From: Candidatus Culexmicrobium cathedralense
Lineage (GTDB): Archaea > Thermoproteota > Methanomethylicia > Culexarchaeales > Culexmicrobiaceae
DNA: 64,000 nt
Assembly (NCBI GenBank): GCA_025061115.1
Contig: JANZKC010000003.1
Location: 1-64,000, forward strand
Direction of reading: 5' to 3'
In this document: positions 17,742 through 28,092 of the stretch, piece by piece
Layout of the letters: every line of letters starts with the position of its first letter
Position numbering within the stretch: the stretch's first letter is position 1
Program-made: the position numbers and the translations under genes
The notes under the pieces: model-generated
The model's database searches: none
Told to the model about the DNA's origin: nothing
The model's input: only the letters and a program-made list of their open reading frames with translations

Positions 17742-18308
17742 TCATCGAGTAGATTTGATATTTCTTGGTGCAGTAAAATATTTTGATCCTAAGTGGAGTG
17801 GAAGTTCTACCTTATCGATATCCCATATTCCTTTTTTGAAGCTGTCCTTGTCTGCATATGCTGCAACTACTTGGCCTAGAAATATCGTTATTTCTCCAGC
17901 TTCAACTGCATTTACAAGTTTGCACTCTAAGTGTGCGATGCAATTTTCAATTATTGGAGCTTTAACCCTTCTAGCTTTAGCAAGCTTTAATTTTAGCAGT
18001 TCAATTTTGTTGACTCTTTTCCCACTTCTTGTTCCAGCAGTCCAGATTTCCTTGATCATGCTCATGTCTGGAACATTTACGGTGAATTCTTTGGTTTTTC
18101 TTATGAGTTCATTGGTGTATGCTTTGCGTGATATTGCTAGTGCTATAAGTGGCGGCACTTCGCTTACGGGCATGCTCCATGAGCAGGTCATTACGTTGGG
18201 TTTTCCATTTTCATCTGTTGAAACAATTAGTAATGATAATTTGGGGTGAAGCAATTTGTAGAAGTCGTCTTCAACGTCTATCTTATTATATTCTTTCACG
18301 TTCATCAC
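17742..18308 (-). CDS. Flavin reductase-like FMN-binding protein
   Basis: NVMTCSW.MPVS..PP, EFTVNVP, GTRSG...K, AHLEC. Confidence 0.88.
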   Translation of the reverse strand: MMNVKEYNKIDVEDDFYKLLHPKLSLLIVSTDENGKPNVMTCSWSMPVSEVPPLIALAISRKAYTNELIRKTKEFTVNVPDMSMIKEIWTAGTRSGKRVNKIELLKLKLAKARRVKAPIIENCIAHLECKLVNAVEAGEITIFLGQVVAAYADKDSFKKGIWDIDKVELPLHLGSKYFTAPRNIKSTR

Positions 18309-18335
18309 CTAAATGTCATCGGCTTCCCGTATATT

Positions 18336-19439
18336 TCACTTCTTCAGTCGACCGTACTTGATCATGATGTCTATGAGCTTATCTATTGGTATTGCATGTC
18401 TAACGTGGTTGTCTCTTCCTTCCATTGTTACTGCCTTTAATATTGAGTTTATTATTGCTTCTTCAACTGCTTCAGCTGCTGCCTTGAATAGTGGTGATAG
18501 TTTTTGATCTATTAGAACTTTCTCTTCATGAATTGGCTGTTCAGAGTAATGGGGAATTTTAATTGCTGTTGAAAATGCAACTACAAAGTCTCCGCTTCCA
18601 TGGGATGAGTAGCTTCCAGTTCTAGCAAGCCCGTGAGTTGCTCTTTTAGCTAGTCTGTGAAGTTGTCTTGCTGTTAGTGGCGCGTCGGTTGCAATTACCA
18701 TTACAATTGATCCACCTTTTTGAGGTTGAGTGCTTCTCATGTAGTTTCTTAATTCCCATCCCACTGGTACTCCTGTTATTAGAAGGTCTTCTCTTCTTCC
18801 GAAGTTCGAGAGGACGAGTGCGCCGACGGTATAGCCACCATATTTAGCTGGAAGTTTTCGTGAAGAAGTTCCTATTCCTCCTTTAAATTCAAATGCGGAC
18901 ATGCCTGTTCCTGCTCCTACAGCTCCTTCTTCAATTGCTCCGCCTTTGGCGCTCTTGATGGCTTCAAATACATGTTCATGTTTAACGTGTCTTCCTCGAA
19001 TGTCATTTAAGTAACTGTCATTGCATTCAAGAACGACTGGATTGACGGTTCCCGTCGTAACTCCTATGTCTGGATTTAATTGAAGCATGTAATCTATTAT
19101 TGCATCTGCAACCAAGCCGACATTTAATGTGTTCGTTAAAGCTATCGGAGTTTCAAGTTGCCCTAGCTCATTTAGCTGTATGAGTCCAATCGGTTTTCCA
19201 AATCCATTAATTACGAATGAGCTAGCTCTCACCTTATTTTTAAAGGGGTTGCCTTCATGAGGCAGAATTACTGTAACTCCAGTTCTCACTGGACCTTTTC
19301 CAGGTATGAGCTTTCCACTCCCCCTTATGATTGTGCAGTGGCCTACGAGGACGCCTTTCACGTCGGTTATCGAGTTATATTTTCCCGGATTTAAGTGCCC
19401 AATTTCAATTCCAATTTCTCTTGCACGAGGTCTTTCCAA
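18336..19439 (-). CDS. dmpA: DmpA-like L-aminopeptidase/D-esterase (peptidase S58)
   Basis: NSITDVKGV.VGH, RTGVT, ECND, EGAVGAGTGM, GGSI autoprocessing site, GSGD. Confidence 0.92.
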   Translation of the reverse strand: MERPRAREIGIEIGHLNPGKYNSITDVKGVLVGHCTIIRGSGKLIPGKGPVRTGVTVILPHEGNPFKNKVRASSFVINGFGKPIGLIQLNELGQLETPIALTNTLNVGLVADAIIDYMLQLNPDIGVTTGTVNPVVLECNDSYLNDIRGRHVKHEHVFEAIKSAKGGAIEEGAVGAGTGMSAFEFKGGIGTSSRKLPAKYGGYTVGALVLSNFGRREDLLITGVPVGWELRNYMRSTQPQKGGSIVMVIATDAPLTARQLHRLAKRATHGLARTGSYSSHGSGDFVVAFSTAIKIPHYSEQPIHEEKVLIDQKLSPLFKAAAEAVEEAIINSILKAVTMEGRDNHVRHAIPIDKLIDIMIKYGRLKK

Positions 19440-19481
19440 TCACATCACCAAACGAAGTTTTTGAGTTTGATTTTTAAGTGA

Positions 19482-19760
19482 TTAGATTGGTTTAGCCTTA
19501 TAGACTTCTATTTCGTCGATGCTTCTGATTGCGCAGCTATACTCTTCTATAGTTTCAATTACGTCATCGAAATCTATGTCTTTGCCTTCAATGGTTATTG
19601 ATATGGTTTCAGTGTTCGCATCTACCTCCTTAACTACTATTGCGACATCATTAGTTCCCGATACTTCGCAGAGAGCTTTAGAGAGGTCGACTAAGGATAT
19701 TTCTCGAGGCTTTAATACGTCAATAACTATTCTCTTAAGCTTAACATCCGACTCAGACAT
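19482..19760 (-). CDS. DUF211 family protein
   Basis: LKRIVIDVLKP...EVD..T...ITIEG...AIRSIDE pattern. Confidence 0.82.
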   Translation of the reverse strand: MSESDVKLKRIVIDVLKPREISLVDLSKALCEVSGTNDVAIVVKEVDANTETISITIEGKDIDFDDVIETIEEYSCAIRSIDEIEVYKAKPI

Positions 19761-19771
19761 ACACCTCCCCC

Positions 19772-20413
19772 CTACAAGCTATATAGAACGTGCAACAATA
19801 ATCCGAGAATTCCAGTTACTAGTCCAGCACATGTAGTTGCAATGCTATAGTAAAGGATTCTTTCGCCAGATATTTTGCCGAGAAATAGCCCGAGAACCAT
19901 TAGTAGTACTAATATGGTAGCTATTGAAGCTAGTATTGCTGTCCAAGCATCTATTACTCCTATGACTGCTAGTAATATTGGTATTAGAGATATTGCCGTA
20001 GCAAGTACTGGAGAGAGAGCGTCGATGAAGGCAGCCATGATGGCTGCGACTTTAGCTGCTCTCTCAATTACGGAGTCATCTAAGTCTATGTGAAGCGCTC
20101 TTTCAAGTTTTTTAATTCTTCTTGAGCGCTCAGCTTCTTCAGCTAAGTAAGCGCCGAAAAATCCTGAAACGCCCATTGCAATTCCAGCGCCTATTCCTGT
20201 TGTTAAAATGATTTTTGGAGATAGTCCTCCTCCTATTATTGCTCCAATTAATACTCCTAACATTGTAACTGCGCCATCAAATGCGTTCATGACGAAGTAT
20301 CTTCTTGCAATTTCACTTACACCTGAGAGCTTTATGTAGTACCTTAAATTGTCAGCTTTTTCTTCCAATACTTCTAAGAAGCTGAGGGAATCGCTTTCTT
20401 CTTCTCCACCCAA
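19772..20413 (-). CDS. VIT1/CCC1-like membrane protein (TIGR00267-like)
   Basis: RRYFVMNAFDG, GVSGFFGAYLAEEAER; usual neighbour of DUF211. Confidence 0.82.
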   Translation of the reverse strand: MGGEEESDSLSFLEVLEEKADNLRYYIKLSGVSEIARRYFVMNAFDGAVTMLGVLIGAIIGGGLSPKIILTTGIGAGIAMGVSGFFGAYLAEEAERSRRIKKLERALHIDLDDSVIERAAKVAAIMAAFIDALSPVLATAISLIPILLAVIGVIDAWTAILASIATILVLLMVLGLFLGKISGERILYYSIATTCAGLVTGILGLLLHVLYSL

Positions 20414-20527
20414 CTTATATGTTAACCTCCAAAATAGATAGAGTGTTATTTGCTATTAAAATTTGCGACCACAAAATCGATGTGAAATGATAAAGTAAAA
20501 TAAAGTGGTAAAATAAGGTGAGGATTT

Positions 20528-22129
20528 CTAGTGTCCAAGAATTTCCTCTATTTCGTCAGTGTCGCATTCTTCAACTAGTGGTATGCCTGTAACTTTAGCT
20601 GCTCTTTCAGTTAGTGCCATGAGGTCTTTTCTGTCGATTAGGTCTAGGCGCCACTTTCTGCATCCGGCTACTAGCTGCTTTAGTGAGAACGCCATTTTGT
20701 CGAAGTAGCTGTATAGACCAACTGCTGGTAGCGGTATTTCCTTCCACCTTTCACCGAATCGGGTCTTTAGCTCAGGTATTGCTGAGAAGAACTTGTATGG
20801 GTCTTCACCGTACTTGTTCTTGAACCAGGCTGGAAGCTTGCCTTTCTCAGCTAGCTCTACGAAGTATCTTGCCTTCATAACGGCGGTTATCGGTGCTCTT
20901 GCCATTGCTATTGCCTTGACGTAGGGGCCTTCTCCAAAGTTGCTTAGAGCTATGGCTTTGAACACTTGGGTTTCATTTGAGAATCCGCCTGCCATTACAA
21001 TGTCAGGTATGTACATTCCCTTCTTGTACATGATTCTAATGCACTTCAACACTAGAGCTTCGAGGTACACAGTGGGTATGCCCATTTCCTGCATCATTGG
21101 AATTGGACTCATCCCAGTTCCGCCGCCAGCTCCATCGAAGGTCACGTAGTTAACCTTTGCTTCAGAAGCAACTTTCAATGTCCAAGCAACAACTGCTGGC
21201 CTATACGCTCCAGTTTTTAGCGTAACGTATTTTGCTCCTTGCTCTCTAAGCCACTCAACGTCTTCAACGAAGTCTCTAGCTCTTGGCATTCCAACTCTGC
21301 TGTGCCTTTCAAAGCTTCTTAGGGTTCCATCTCTAAATGCCTCTTGAACTACTGGGTCTTCTGGATCTGGAATTACTATGTATCCTCTCTTCTTGAGCTC
21401 AATAGCCCTTTTCAGATCCTTAATCCTGACTTCTCCTCCGATAGCCTTTGCGCCTTGACCCCACTTTCTCTCTATGCCGTTGACTTCGAGCTTGCTTAGA
21501 ACGTAAACGTCAACACCCAAGCGCATGTCTTCAACGTTTGTCTGGACAATTATTTCGCCGTACTTTCCATCCCAAAACTGCTTGTAAGTTTGAATTCTGT
21601 ACTTCATATCAACTGTGTCTACAACTTTTCCATTGCTGTCGAACTTTGCCTCCATATCCATTCCGACCACATTTTCGCCTACTGTCATTATTGTGCCTGA
21701 AATTGCAGTTCCAACTGCAAGGCCATCCCAGTTGTTCTTTGCAACTGCTGTTGAGCCTAAAGCTGCAACTAGGAATGGCACCTTTAGAGGTATTCCTCCT
21801 ATCTTTGTTGTTACGTCTACGTTTGGAAATATTGCTACATCGGAGTCTTCAGCTATTCCCTTAGCGCCTCTCACTTCAGCTTGAATGTTGAAGTGCGACC
21901 AGTCTAGGCCGTAGTTCTTGTTTGATGCTGCGGTGCTCCAGCCGAACCAGTCTGGTGAGGGGTAAACGAGTTCTTTACCCCTGATTGCTGACATGCCAAC
22001 TTCGCATGGGAATGGGCAGTCCTTAATGCATAGTGGGCATAAGCCGCTGAAGGGACTTACTTCAGCTAGTGGTACTCTAGTTGATGTTTCATTTGTAGGT
22101 TTTCTATTTCCATATCTTTCAGATAGCAT
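20528..22129 (-). CDS. FMN-binding glutamate synthase family protein (GltB domain-2-like)
   Basis: KWGQGAKAIGG, DGAGGGTG, AGG, ARAP FMN-barrel motifs; N-terminal CxxCxxxCxxxC. Confidence 0.85.
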   Translation of the reverse strand: MLSERYGNRKPTNETSTRVPLAEVSPFSGLCPLCIKDCPFPCEVGMSAIRGKELVYPSPDWFGWSTAASNKNYGLDWSHFNIQAEVRGAKGIAEDSDVAIFPNVDVTTKIGGIPLKVPFLVAALGSTAVAKNNWDGLAVGTAISGTIMTVGENVVGMDMEAKFDSNGKVVDTVDMKYRIQTYKQFWDGKYGEIIVQTNVEDMRLGVDVYVLSKLEVNGIERKWGQGAKAIGGEVRIKDLKRAIELKKRGYIVIPDPEDPVVQEAFRDGTLRSFERHSRVGMPRARDFVEDVEWLREQGAKYVTLKTGAYRPAVVAWTLKVASEAKVNYVTFDGAGGGTGMSPIPMMQEMGIPTVYLEALVLKCIRIMYKKGMYIPDIVMAGGFSNETQVFKAIALSNFGEGPYVKAIAMARAPITAVMKARYFVELAEKGKLPAWFKNKYGEDPYKFFSAIPELKTRFGERWKEIPLPAVGLYSYFDKMAFSLKQLVAGCRKWRLDLIDRKDLMALTERAAKVTGIPLVEECDTDEIEEILGH

Positions 22130-22345
22130 TTAAAATCACCCTCCACACAAAATTCCATTTCATGGGCGTTGAGCAATAGCGAAAATCTAAATATAAGGTT
22201 TACTGAAAAATGTTCATTTAACGTCTCCTAAATATTTCTTTTACTTAACTAATGTGAATCATAGCTTTTTGGCTTAAAAGGTTAAATTGGTTGAAGCTGA
22301 AAGATTCATTAGGCTATTTGCGAAACATATGTTGAGAGGATTTGT

Positions 22346-23677
22346 TTGAAGATGATTGAAGTAGAAGAGGAAATTATGCTTAGGCTAAGAGGGGGGAAGG
22401 TCGCATATCACCTCGTTGATGGTGAAACGATTTTAATTGATGCTGGCTTATATCCATTTGACAAAAGTAAAATTCCGATTCAATGCAAATTGCCGGAGGA
22501 AAAGCTTGAAGAAAAATTTGGGTACACTAGCGGGAATAGGTCCGTGGTGTTTAGATTTGGTGATGGCTGGTTTAAAGCTAAGGCGATAGGTATTCCTTCA
22601 GGAGTTTCCCAGCCGATTTATCGTCGAAGAATCGTGCACACATACTACTTGTATAATGCTTTTATTGGGTCTGGAAGAGTAGTGTGGGGTTTCATGACCA
22701 TTGGAGAAGCAGAGCGAGAAATATATTGGATGAATAAAGCTTGGGAGCTTGATTTACCAGCAACTCGTCCAATTGGAATTGGAGTTTATCCTAAAGTGAA
22801 AATTCTTGAGTTTCCAAATAGGCATGCTTTATTCAACTTCCTAAGGGCAAAGAGCCGAGATGAAGTTTTGAACTTATTTGAATGCGATGGTAAAAATGCT
22901 GGTGCGGCCTGCCTTTTTAGCCTTGAACCAGGCGATGTCAGAGCCGACGAAATTCTATATGGCCTTTTATTTCCAAGAATTGATGAGCTCATGGATTTAG
23001 AGGAATGCAAGGCATATTTGAGGTGGCTAGGGTCTTCTTGCGCTTACAATTTAAGGCTGCATCATAATAGTGGAATTTTGCATGGTACTATACGTAGAGA
23101 GGATGGGTTAATGACTAACTCTCACTTAGCAAATCACATTGTTGGTTTTGAAAAAACTTGGGTTACCGATTATCACATGGCTTCAGAAATTAGAAGTAGG
23201 GCTGAAGAGAAGCTTAAGTTAGAGGAGTACTACTGCTTATGGCATGTAATGAATCCGCTTCCAGCAGCTAGTTTACTGGTCAGGGCAAGAAGAAGGAGAA
23301 TATCTCTTCTCGAATTACCTCAAATCCAGTTTGAAGTAGCGCCTTACAAGAGCTTTTATGTGTGGGAGAACATCATGAAGATTCACGCTGGATTATATTC
23401 TCCTGCAAGCATTTATGAAGAGCTAACTGCATCATTAATTGACGGAATGGAGTATGGGTATAATAGGGGTAAAGTGCTTGAGGTTGAGCGGAAGTTAAAA
23501 AGGAAAATGCTAATTAATCTATCTATTCTTAAGGAGGAGCTCTGGAACCTTTATGGCTTGCCGAAGGGAATGCAGCGGGGAGTTGAAGTTTTGCGCAACT
23601 TGATGAGGGTGAAAAAGCTGGATGAAGATTACCTGAATCGAAAAATTTTGGAGTTGAAAGAGATACTGTGCGTCTAG
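22346..23677 (+). CDS. Hypothetical protein, SelO/atypical protein-kinase-like fold
   Basis: Motif order SGNRS, FKAKAIG, EAERE, LPATRP, GILHG, N..VTDY parallels SelO-type kinase fold. Confidence 0.55.
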   Translation: MKMIEVEEEIMLRLRGGKVAYHLVDGETILIDAGLYPFDKSKIPIQCKLPEEKLEEKFGYTSGNRSVVFRFGDGWFKAKAIGIPSGVSQPIYRRRIVHTYYLYNAFIGSGRVVWGFMTIGEAEREIYWMNKAWELDLPATRPIGIGVYPKVKILEFPNRHALFNFLRAKSRDEVLNLFECDGKNAGAACLFSLEPGDVRADEILYGLLFPRIDELMDLEECKAYLRWLGSSCAYNLRLHHNSGILHGTIRREDGLMTNSHLANHIVGFEKTWVTDYHMASEIRSRAEEKLKLEEYYCLWHVMNPLPAASLLVRARRRRISLLELPQIQFEVAPYKSFYVWENIMKIHAGLYSPASIYEELTASLIDGMEYGYNRGKVLEVERKLKRKMLINLSILKEELWNLYGLPKGMQRGVEVLRNLMRVKKLDEDYLNRKILELKEILCV

Positions 23678-25041
23678 CGTAGCATGTCAGCTTCGACTTC
23701 TGTGAGAACTTCCTCGATGATGTCTATTGCTTTGTCCATTAGTTCCCTAGTTATGGTTAGTGGTGGAGCAATTCTAATCGTAGATTTGCCTGCACCTATC
23801 ACTGCAATGCCTCGTTTAAAGCAGCGTATCAGCGTCTCAGAAAGCTCTTTAACTGCGGGCTCCTTGGTTTCCTTATTGCGGACTAACTCTACTCCAATCA
23901 TTAATCCCTTACCTCTAACGTCGCCTATGATTTCCATTTTCTCCTGCATTTCCTTGAACCGCTTAATCGTATACTCTCCAATTTTAGTTGCATTTTCGAG
24001 CAGATTTTCCTCTTTAATTATTTCTATAACTACGTTGGCGGCAGCGCATGAAACTGGATTTCCTCCAAATGTTGATGCGTGGCTTCCCTTCGGCAGGTTC
24101 ATTATCTCTTCTCTGCCGATTATTGCTCCAAGAGGCATTCCTGCAGCGATGCCCTTGGCAACTGTAATTAAGTCTGGAGCTACATTCCAGTGTTCGATTG
24201 CAAACCACTTTCCAGTTCTTCCCATGCCTGCTTGAACTTCATCTGAAATCATTAAAATGCCGTATTTTTCGCATAGCTTCTTTATTTTTAGCCAGTAGTT
24301 CGGCGGAGGAACCACGTATCCTCCCTCTCCTTGAATTGGCTCGAAAATTATGCATGCAGTTTCATCTGGTGGAACGTACTTTTTGAAGTAATATTCCTCT
24401 ATGAAGTCTACGCACCAGTATCCGCAGTCAGGGTATTCCTGCTTCCAAGGGCACCTGTAGCAGTATGGGTATGGGACATGCTCGACGCATGGCAGAAGTG
24501 GTGAAAACCACTTTCTCTGAACAGGTTTGCTTGAAGTTAGAGCCATCGCTCCGAAGAGCCTTCCATGGAACGAACCTATGTACGCTATTATGTAGGGCCT
24601 AGATCCTTTAAAGTACGCCCTTGCAGCTTTTATGGAACCTTCAACTGCTTCAGCTCCGCTATTGCAGAAGAAAACCTTTTTCTTGAATTTTCCTGGAACT
24701 ATCTCTACGATTTTTTTGGCTAAAGCTACTGCCGATTCATAGTAGAAGTCGGTTAATGAGTAGTGGAGAAGCTTTTCGCACTGCTTCATAATTGCTTCAA
24801 TAACTTTTGGATGCCTATGCCCAACAGAAATGACTGCAATTCCAGCATTTAAGTCAATATATTTATTTCCATCAACGTCAATTAGTATGCAATCTTCGGC
24901 TCTATCCACGACGAGTGGATACCACCTTACAAATGACTGCATCAAGTATTCAGAATCTTCCTCTAGTAGCTTCTTTGCTTTAGGTCCTGGAGGAGTTACG
25001 ATGATTTTTGGAATATCGTCTAATTTCATGTTTATCCCCAT
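23674..25041 (-). CDS. Class III PLP aminotransferase (ornithine/lysine/4-aminobutyrate omega-aminotransferase-like)
   Basis: NSGAEA, SFHGR, EPIQGEGG, DEVQAGMGRTG, AKG, STFGGNP. Confidence 0.9.
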   Translation of the reverse strand: MGINMKLDDIPKIIVTPPGPKAKKLLEEDSEYLMQSFVRWYPLVVDRAEDCILIDVDGNKYIDLNAGIAVISVGHRHPKVIEAIMKQCEKLLHYSLTDFYYESAVALAKKIVEIVPGKFKKKVFFCNSGAEAVEGSIKAARAYFKGSRPYIIAYIGSFHGRLFGAMALTSSKPVQRKWFSPLLPCVEHVPYPYCYRCPWKQEYPDCGYWCVDFIEEYYFKKYVPPDETACIIFEPIQGEGGYVVPPPNYWLKIKKLCEKYGILMISDEVQAGMGRTGKWFAIEHWNVAPDLITVAKGIAAGMPLGAIIGREEIMNLPKGSHASTFGGNPVSCAAANVVIEIIKEENLLENATKIGEYTIKRFKEMQEKMEIIGDVRGKGLMIGVELVRNKETKEPAVKELSETLIRCFKRGIAVIGAGKSTIRIAPPLTITRELMDKAIDIIEEVLTEVEADMLR

Positions 25042-25072
25042 TCATCAAATTAAGAAACAAAGTATAAAAGGT

Positions 25073-26683
25073 TTAAGAGGTTGCAGAATATACGATAGCT
25101 CCATTAACGATTGTCATTATAACTTCAATGTCCTTCAACTTTTCAGCTGGAATTTCCGTTGGGTCATCTGATAATACGACTATGTCTGCAACTTTCCCCA
25201 CTTTAATTGAGCCCTTTATATCTTCTTCGAAACCTAAGTAAGCCGCGTCCAAAGTAAACATTCTTATTGCTTCTAGTGGAGTTAAGCACTCGTTGGCGGT
25301 GTATTCATACAATTTTATTTTTTCGAATTTGCCTCTTGTAACTGCGGAGTATATTTGGTAGATTGGGTCGAGTGGATCTACTGGGCAGTCTGATCCACCT
25401 CCAATTCTAACTCCACTTTTCATCATTGACTTGAATGGGTATACCCACTTAGCTCTCCTTGGACCTACCCTGTCCACCGACCAAAAGTCTGAAATTATAA
25501 ATCGAGGCTGGACGGAAGCAACCATTCCAAGTTCGCTCATTCGCTTAATGAGATCTTCTCTAATTACCGATGCATGTTCAATTCTATGCCTATGGTCTAA
25601 ACGTGGATTTTTCTTGATTGCTGCTTCCACAGCGTTTATAGCCATCTCTATCGCTCTATCCCCGATAGCGTGAATTGCTAGTTGTAATCCTGCTTCATGG
25701 GCTTTCTCGACTATTGCCGCAAGCTTCTGGTATGGTAGCACTACTATTCCCATGTTATTTGGATTTACGGGATCATCGGCGTATGGCTCGCTTAATGCAG
25801 CTGTTCTCGCTCCTAGGGATCCATCAACGAGTAGTTTTACTCCATTGATTTTGAGGTTATCATCTCCAAATCCTCGCATAACTCCAAGTTTAGTTAAGTG
25901 TTCTAAGCAGTCTGATTTAATGTATAGGCAGACTTTAAGTGGAAGTTTATCCATTTTCTTTAAAATTTGAAGCAGCCTAAATTCTTCTGGTGTTGCAGAT
26001 ACAAAGTGCACTGTTGTGATTCCATGCTTCACAGCTTCTTTACAAGCTTTTTCTGCTGCTTCTAAAGATTCCTCTAAAGTTGGTTTTGGAATTTTCTCCC
26101 ATACAAACTGCATTGCCTTTTCTCTCAAAATCCCGGTTGGCTCGCCACTTTCATTCCTGTCTATTTTGCCTCCTTCAGGATCCGGTGTATCTTTCGTTAT
26201 ACCTGCTATTTCCAATGCCTTTGAGTTTACCACGCATATATGGCCGCAAACTCGTCTTAACATCACTGGATTTTCCGGAGAAACTTCGTCCAAATCCCAT
26301 CTCGTAGGGTATCGGCCTTCAATAAATTTATCTTGGTCCCAGCCTCTACCAAGAATCCACCTTCCTTTCGGCGTAACTTCAACTTTTGATTTAACTTTAC
26401 TCTTAATGTCTTCGATTGACGTTGCATCTCTTAAGTCGATCCACATTAATGAAAAGCCGAAGCCTATCAGGTGTATGTGCGTGTCGATGAAGCCTGGAAC
26501 AACTGTTTTACCTTTGACATCAATTACTTTAGTATTTCCGCCGATAAGTTCTTCAACATCCTTGTTTGATCCTACATAAATTATCTTTTTATCTTTAATT
26601 GCAATTGCTTCTGCTTTAGGTTTTTCCTCATCCATCGTTATTACATTCGCATTTAGTATAACTAGGTCTGCAAATAAATTCAC
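25073..26683 (-). CDS. Amidohydrolase-3 family, YtcJ-like
   Basis: PGFIDTHIH, DGSLGARTA, HAIGD, RIEHAS, GSDCPV. Confidence 0.9.
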   Translation of the reverse strand: MNLFADLVILNANVITMDEEKPKAEAIAIKDKKIIYVGSNKDVEELIGGNTKVIDVKGKTVVPGFIDTHIHLIGFGFSLMWIDLRDATSIEDIKSKVKSKVEVTPKGRWILGRGWDQDKFIEGRYPTRWDLDEVSPENPVMLRRVCGHICVVNSKALEIAGITKDTPDPEGGKIDRNESGEPTGILREKAMQFVWEKIPKPTLEESLEAAEKACKEAVKHGITTVHFVSATPEEFRLLQILKKMDKLPLKVCLYIKSDCLEHLTKLGVMRGFGDDNLKINGVKLLVDGSLGARTAALSEPYADDPVNPNNMGIVVLPYQKLAAIVEKAHEAGLQLAIHAIGDRAIEMAINAVEAAIKKNPRLDHRHRIEHASVIREDLIKRMSELGMVASVQPRFIISDFWSVDRVGPRRAKWVYPFKSMMKSGVRIGGGSDCPVDPLDPIYQIYSAVTRGKFEKIKLYEYTANECLTPLEAIRMFTLDAAYLGFEEDIKGSIKVGKVADIVVLSDDPTEIPAEKLKDIEVIMTIVNGAIVYSATS

Positions 26684-26774
26684 TAAAACGCACCTCCGAA
26701 CTAATTTTAATTGATGATAATATAAGAGTTGAGTGTGTCAATTTAAGTGATATTGAGTTGAGAGGGAGGTTCAT

Positions 26775-27635
26775 TTGAAGTTAGTCATAGACTTTGTCAA
26801 ATATCAAGGATGTGGAAATGACTTTATAATAATAGATGAACTTGATCATGAAATCGTCCCTGAGGAGCTGAAAGGCGCAGTCTCAAGAATTATTTGCAAG
26901 CGAAGATTTTCAGTAGGTGCAGACGATGTCCTATACTTGCTTCCATCCAATAAAGCTTATGCATGGATGCGTATTTTCGAACCCGACGGCACCGAAGCAG
27001 ACATGTGTGGAAATGGGATAAGGTGCGCTGCAAGCTACCTTTGTGAAAAGCTTAGGAAAAATAGCGTTCTAATAGAAACAAAAGCCGGAGCAAAGTTGAT
27101 CAAGAAGATAGATGGTTACTTTAAGGTTGATATGGGTAGGCTTCTAAGAAAACTCTATGAGCTCAAGGATTTCGTCAGCGTTGAGTTTGAGGAGGAAGAG
27201 GACCTTATAGGAAGGCGTGTATCATTTCCGTTGGTAGGTGAACTGGAAATTTCAATAGTTAAAGTTGGAGAGCCACATGCTGTAATTTTTGTTGAAGATG
27301 TTGAAAAGGAGGATATGGAGGAATACGCTAAGGCAATTGCAATGAACAAAAAGTTTTTCCCAAAGGGAATAAGTGTAAATTTGGTTCAAATTGTCAGTGA
27401 AAATACAATAAAAGTTAGAACTTATGAGAGGGGAGTTTGGGGAGAAACTTTAGCTTGTGGAACCGGCTCAACTGCTTCAGCAGCAGTAGCTTATATCTTG
27501 GGTAAAGTTAAGGATAAGAAGATCAAGGTAAAAGTGAGGGGTGGAGAACTAACGATACTTGTGGAAGGGAATGCCTTATACTTGATCGGTCCTGCTCAAA
27601 AAGTATTTGATGGGAGAATTGAAATAAATGTTTAA
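26775..27635 (+). CDS. dapF: DapF-fold PLP-independent epimerase/racemase with altered substrate pocket
   Basis: GNDF, MCGNG and ACGTG two-Cys catalytic motifs, YERG; pocket Asn residues changed (see findings), so DAP specificity is doubtful. Confidence 0.85.
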   Translation: MKLVIDFVKYQGCGNDFIIIDELDHEIVPEELKGAVSRIICKRRFSVGADDVLYLLPSNKAYAWMRIFEPDGTEADMCGNGIRCAASYLCEKLRKNSVLIETKAGAKLIKKIDGYFKVDMGRLLRKLYELKDFVSVEFEEEEDLIGRRVSFPLVGELEISIVKVGEPHAVIFVEDVEKEDMEEYAKAIAMNKKFFPKGISVNLVQIVSENTIKVRTYERGVWGETLACGTGSTASAAVAYILGKVKDKKIKVKVRGGELTILVEGNALYLIGPAQKVFDGRIEINV

Positions 27636-28092
27636 TTACCAAATTATTCTTTCATGACATCTATAAATAAACTCGTTAAGGCAATAAAATTTCTTGCTTC
27701 AGCAATTGCATCAGAAATAAATGTTGGAAACACTGCTACAGCTCTACATTTAGCTGCGTTAATAGAGTTTACCTTTGGCTAATGGAGAACGTGTTCATAG
27801 AAGATTTTTGAGCTTAACTTATCATATTAATGATGCGTCGTTAACTCCGAGTGCGGTAGTATTGCAGTTCAAGCAAGTGGAATTGCTTTAAGCCTTAATA
27901 GTTCAGCTAAAGTTAAAGTTGCATTTGAAGTAGCTGTCAGTGTTAGCTAAGCAATGTAAATTGGCATAGTAATTGAAGGAGTAAGAGGGATTGAATGTGC
28001 TTCAATAGTTCAGAAAAACTTAGATTAAACCGCAATATTAAGAATGTAAACTGCCAATTTAGATTAAATTGCATAACTGGAGGTGGCTTAAG

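Noticed and set aside
23674-25041. Class III PLP-dependent amino-acid racemase
   Set aside because: Has EPIQGEGG (transaminase type) rather than the Asp-containing QGD motif of racemases in this family.
27636-28060. Possible decayed gene between the DapF-like gene and the D-aminoacylase
   Set aside because: Short codon-like stretches broken by stops on both strands; no family recognisable.
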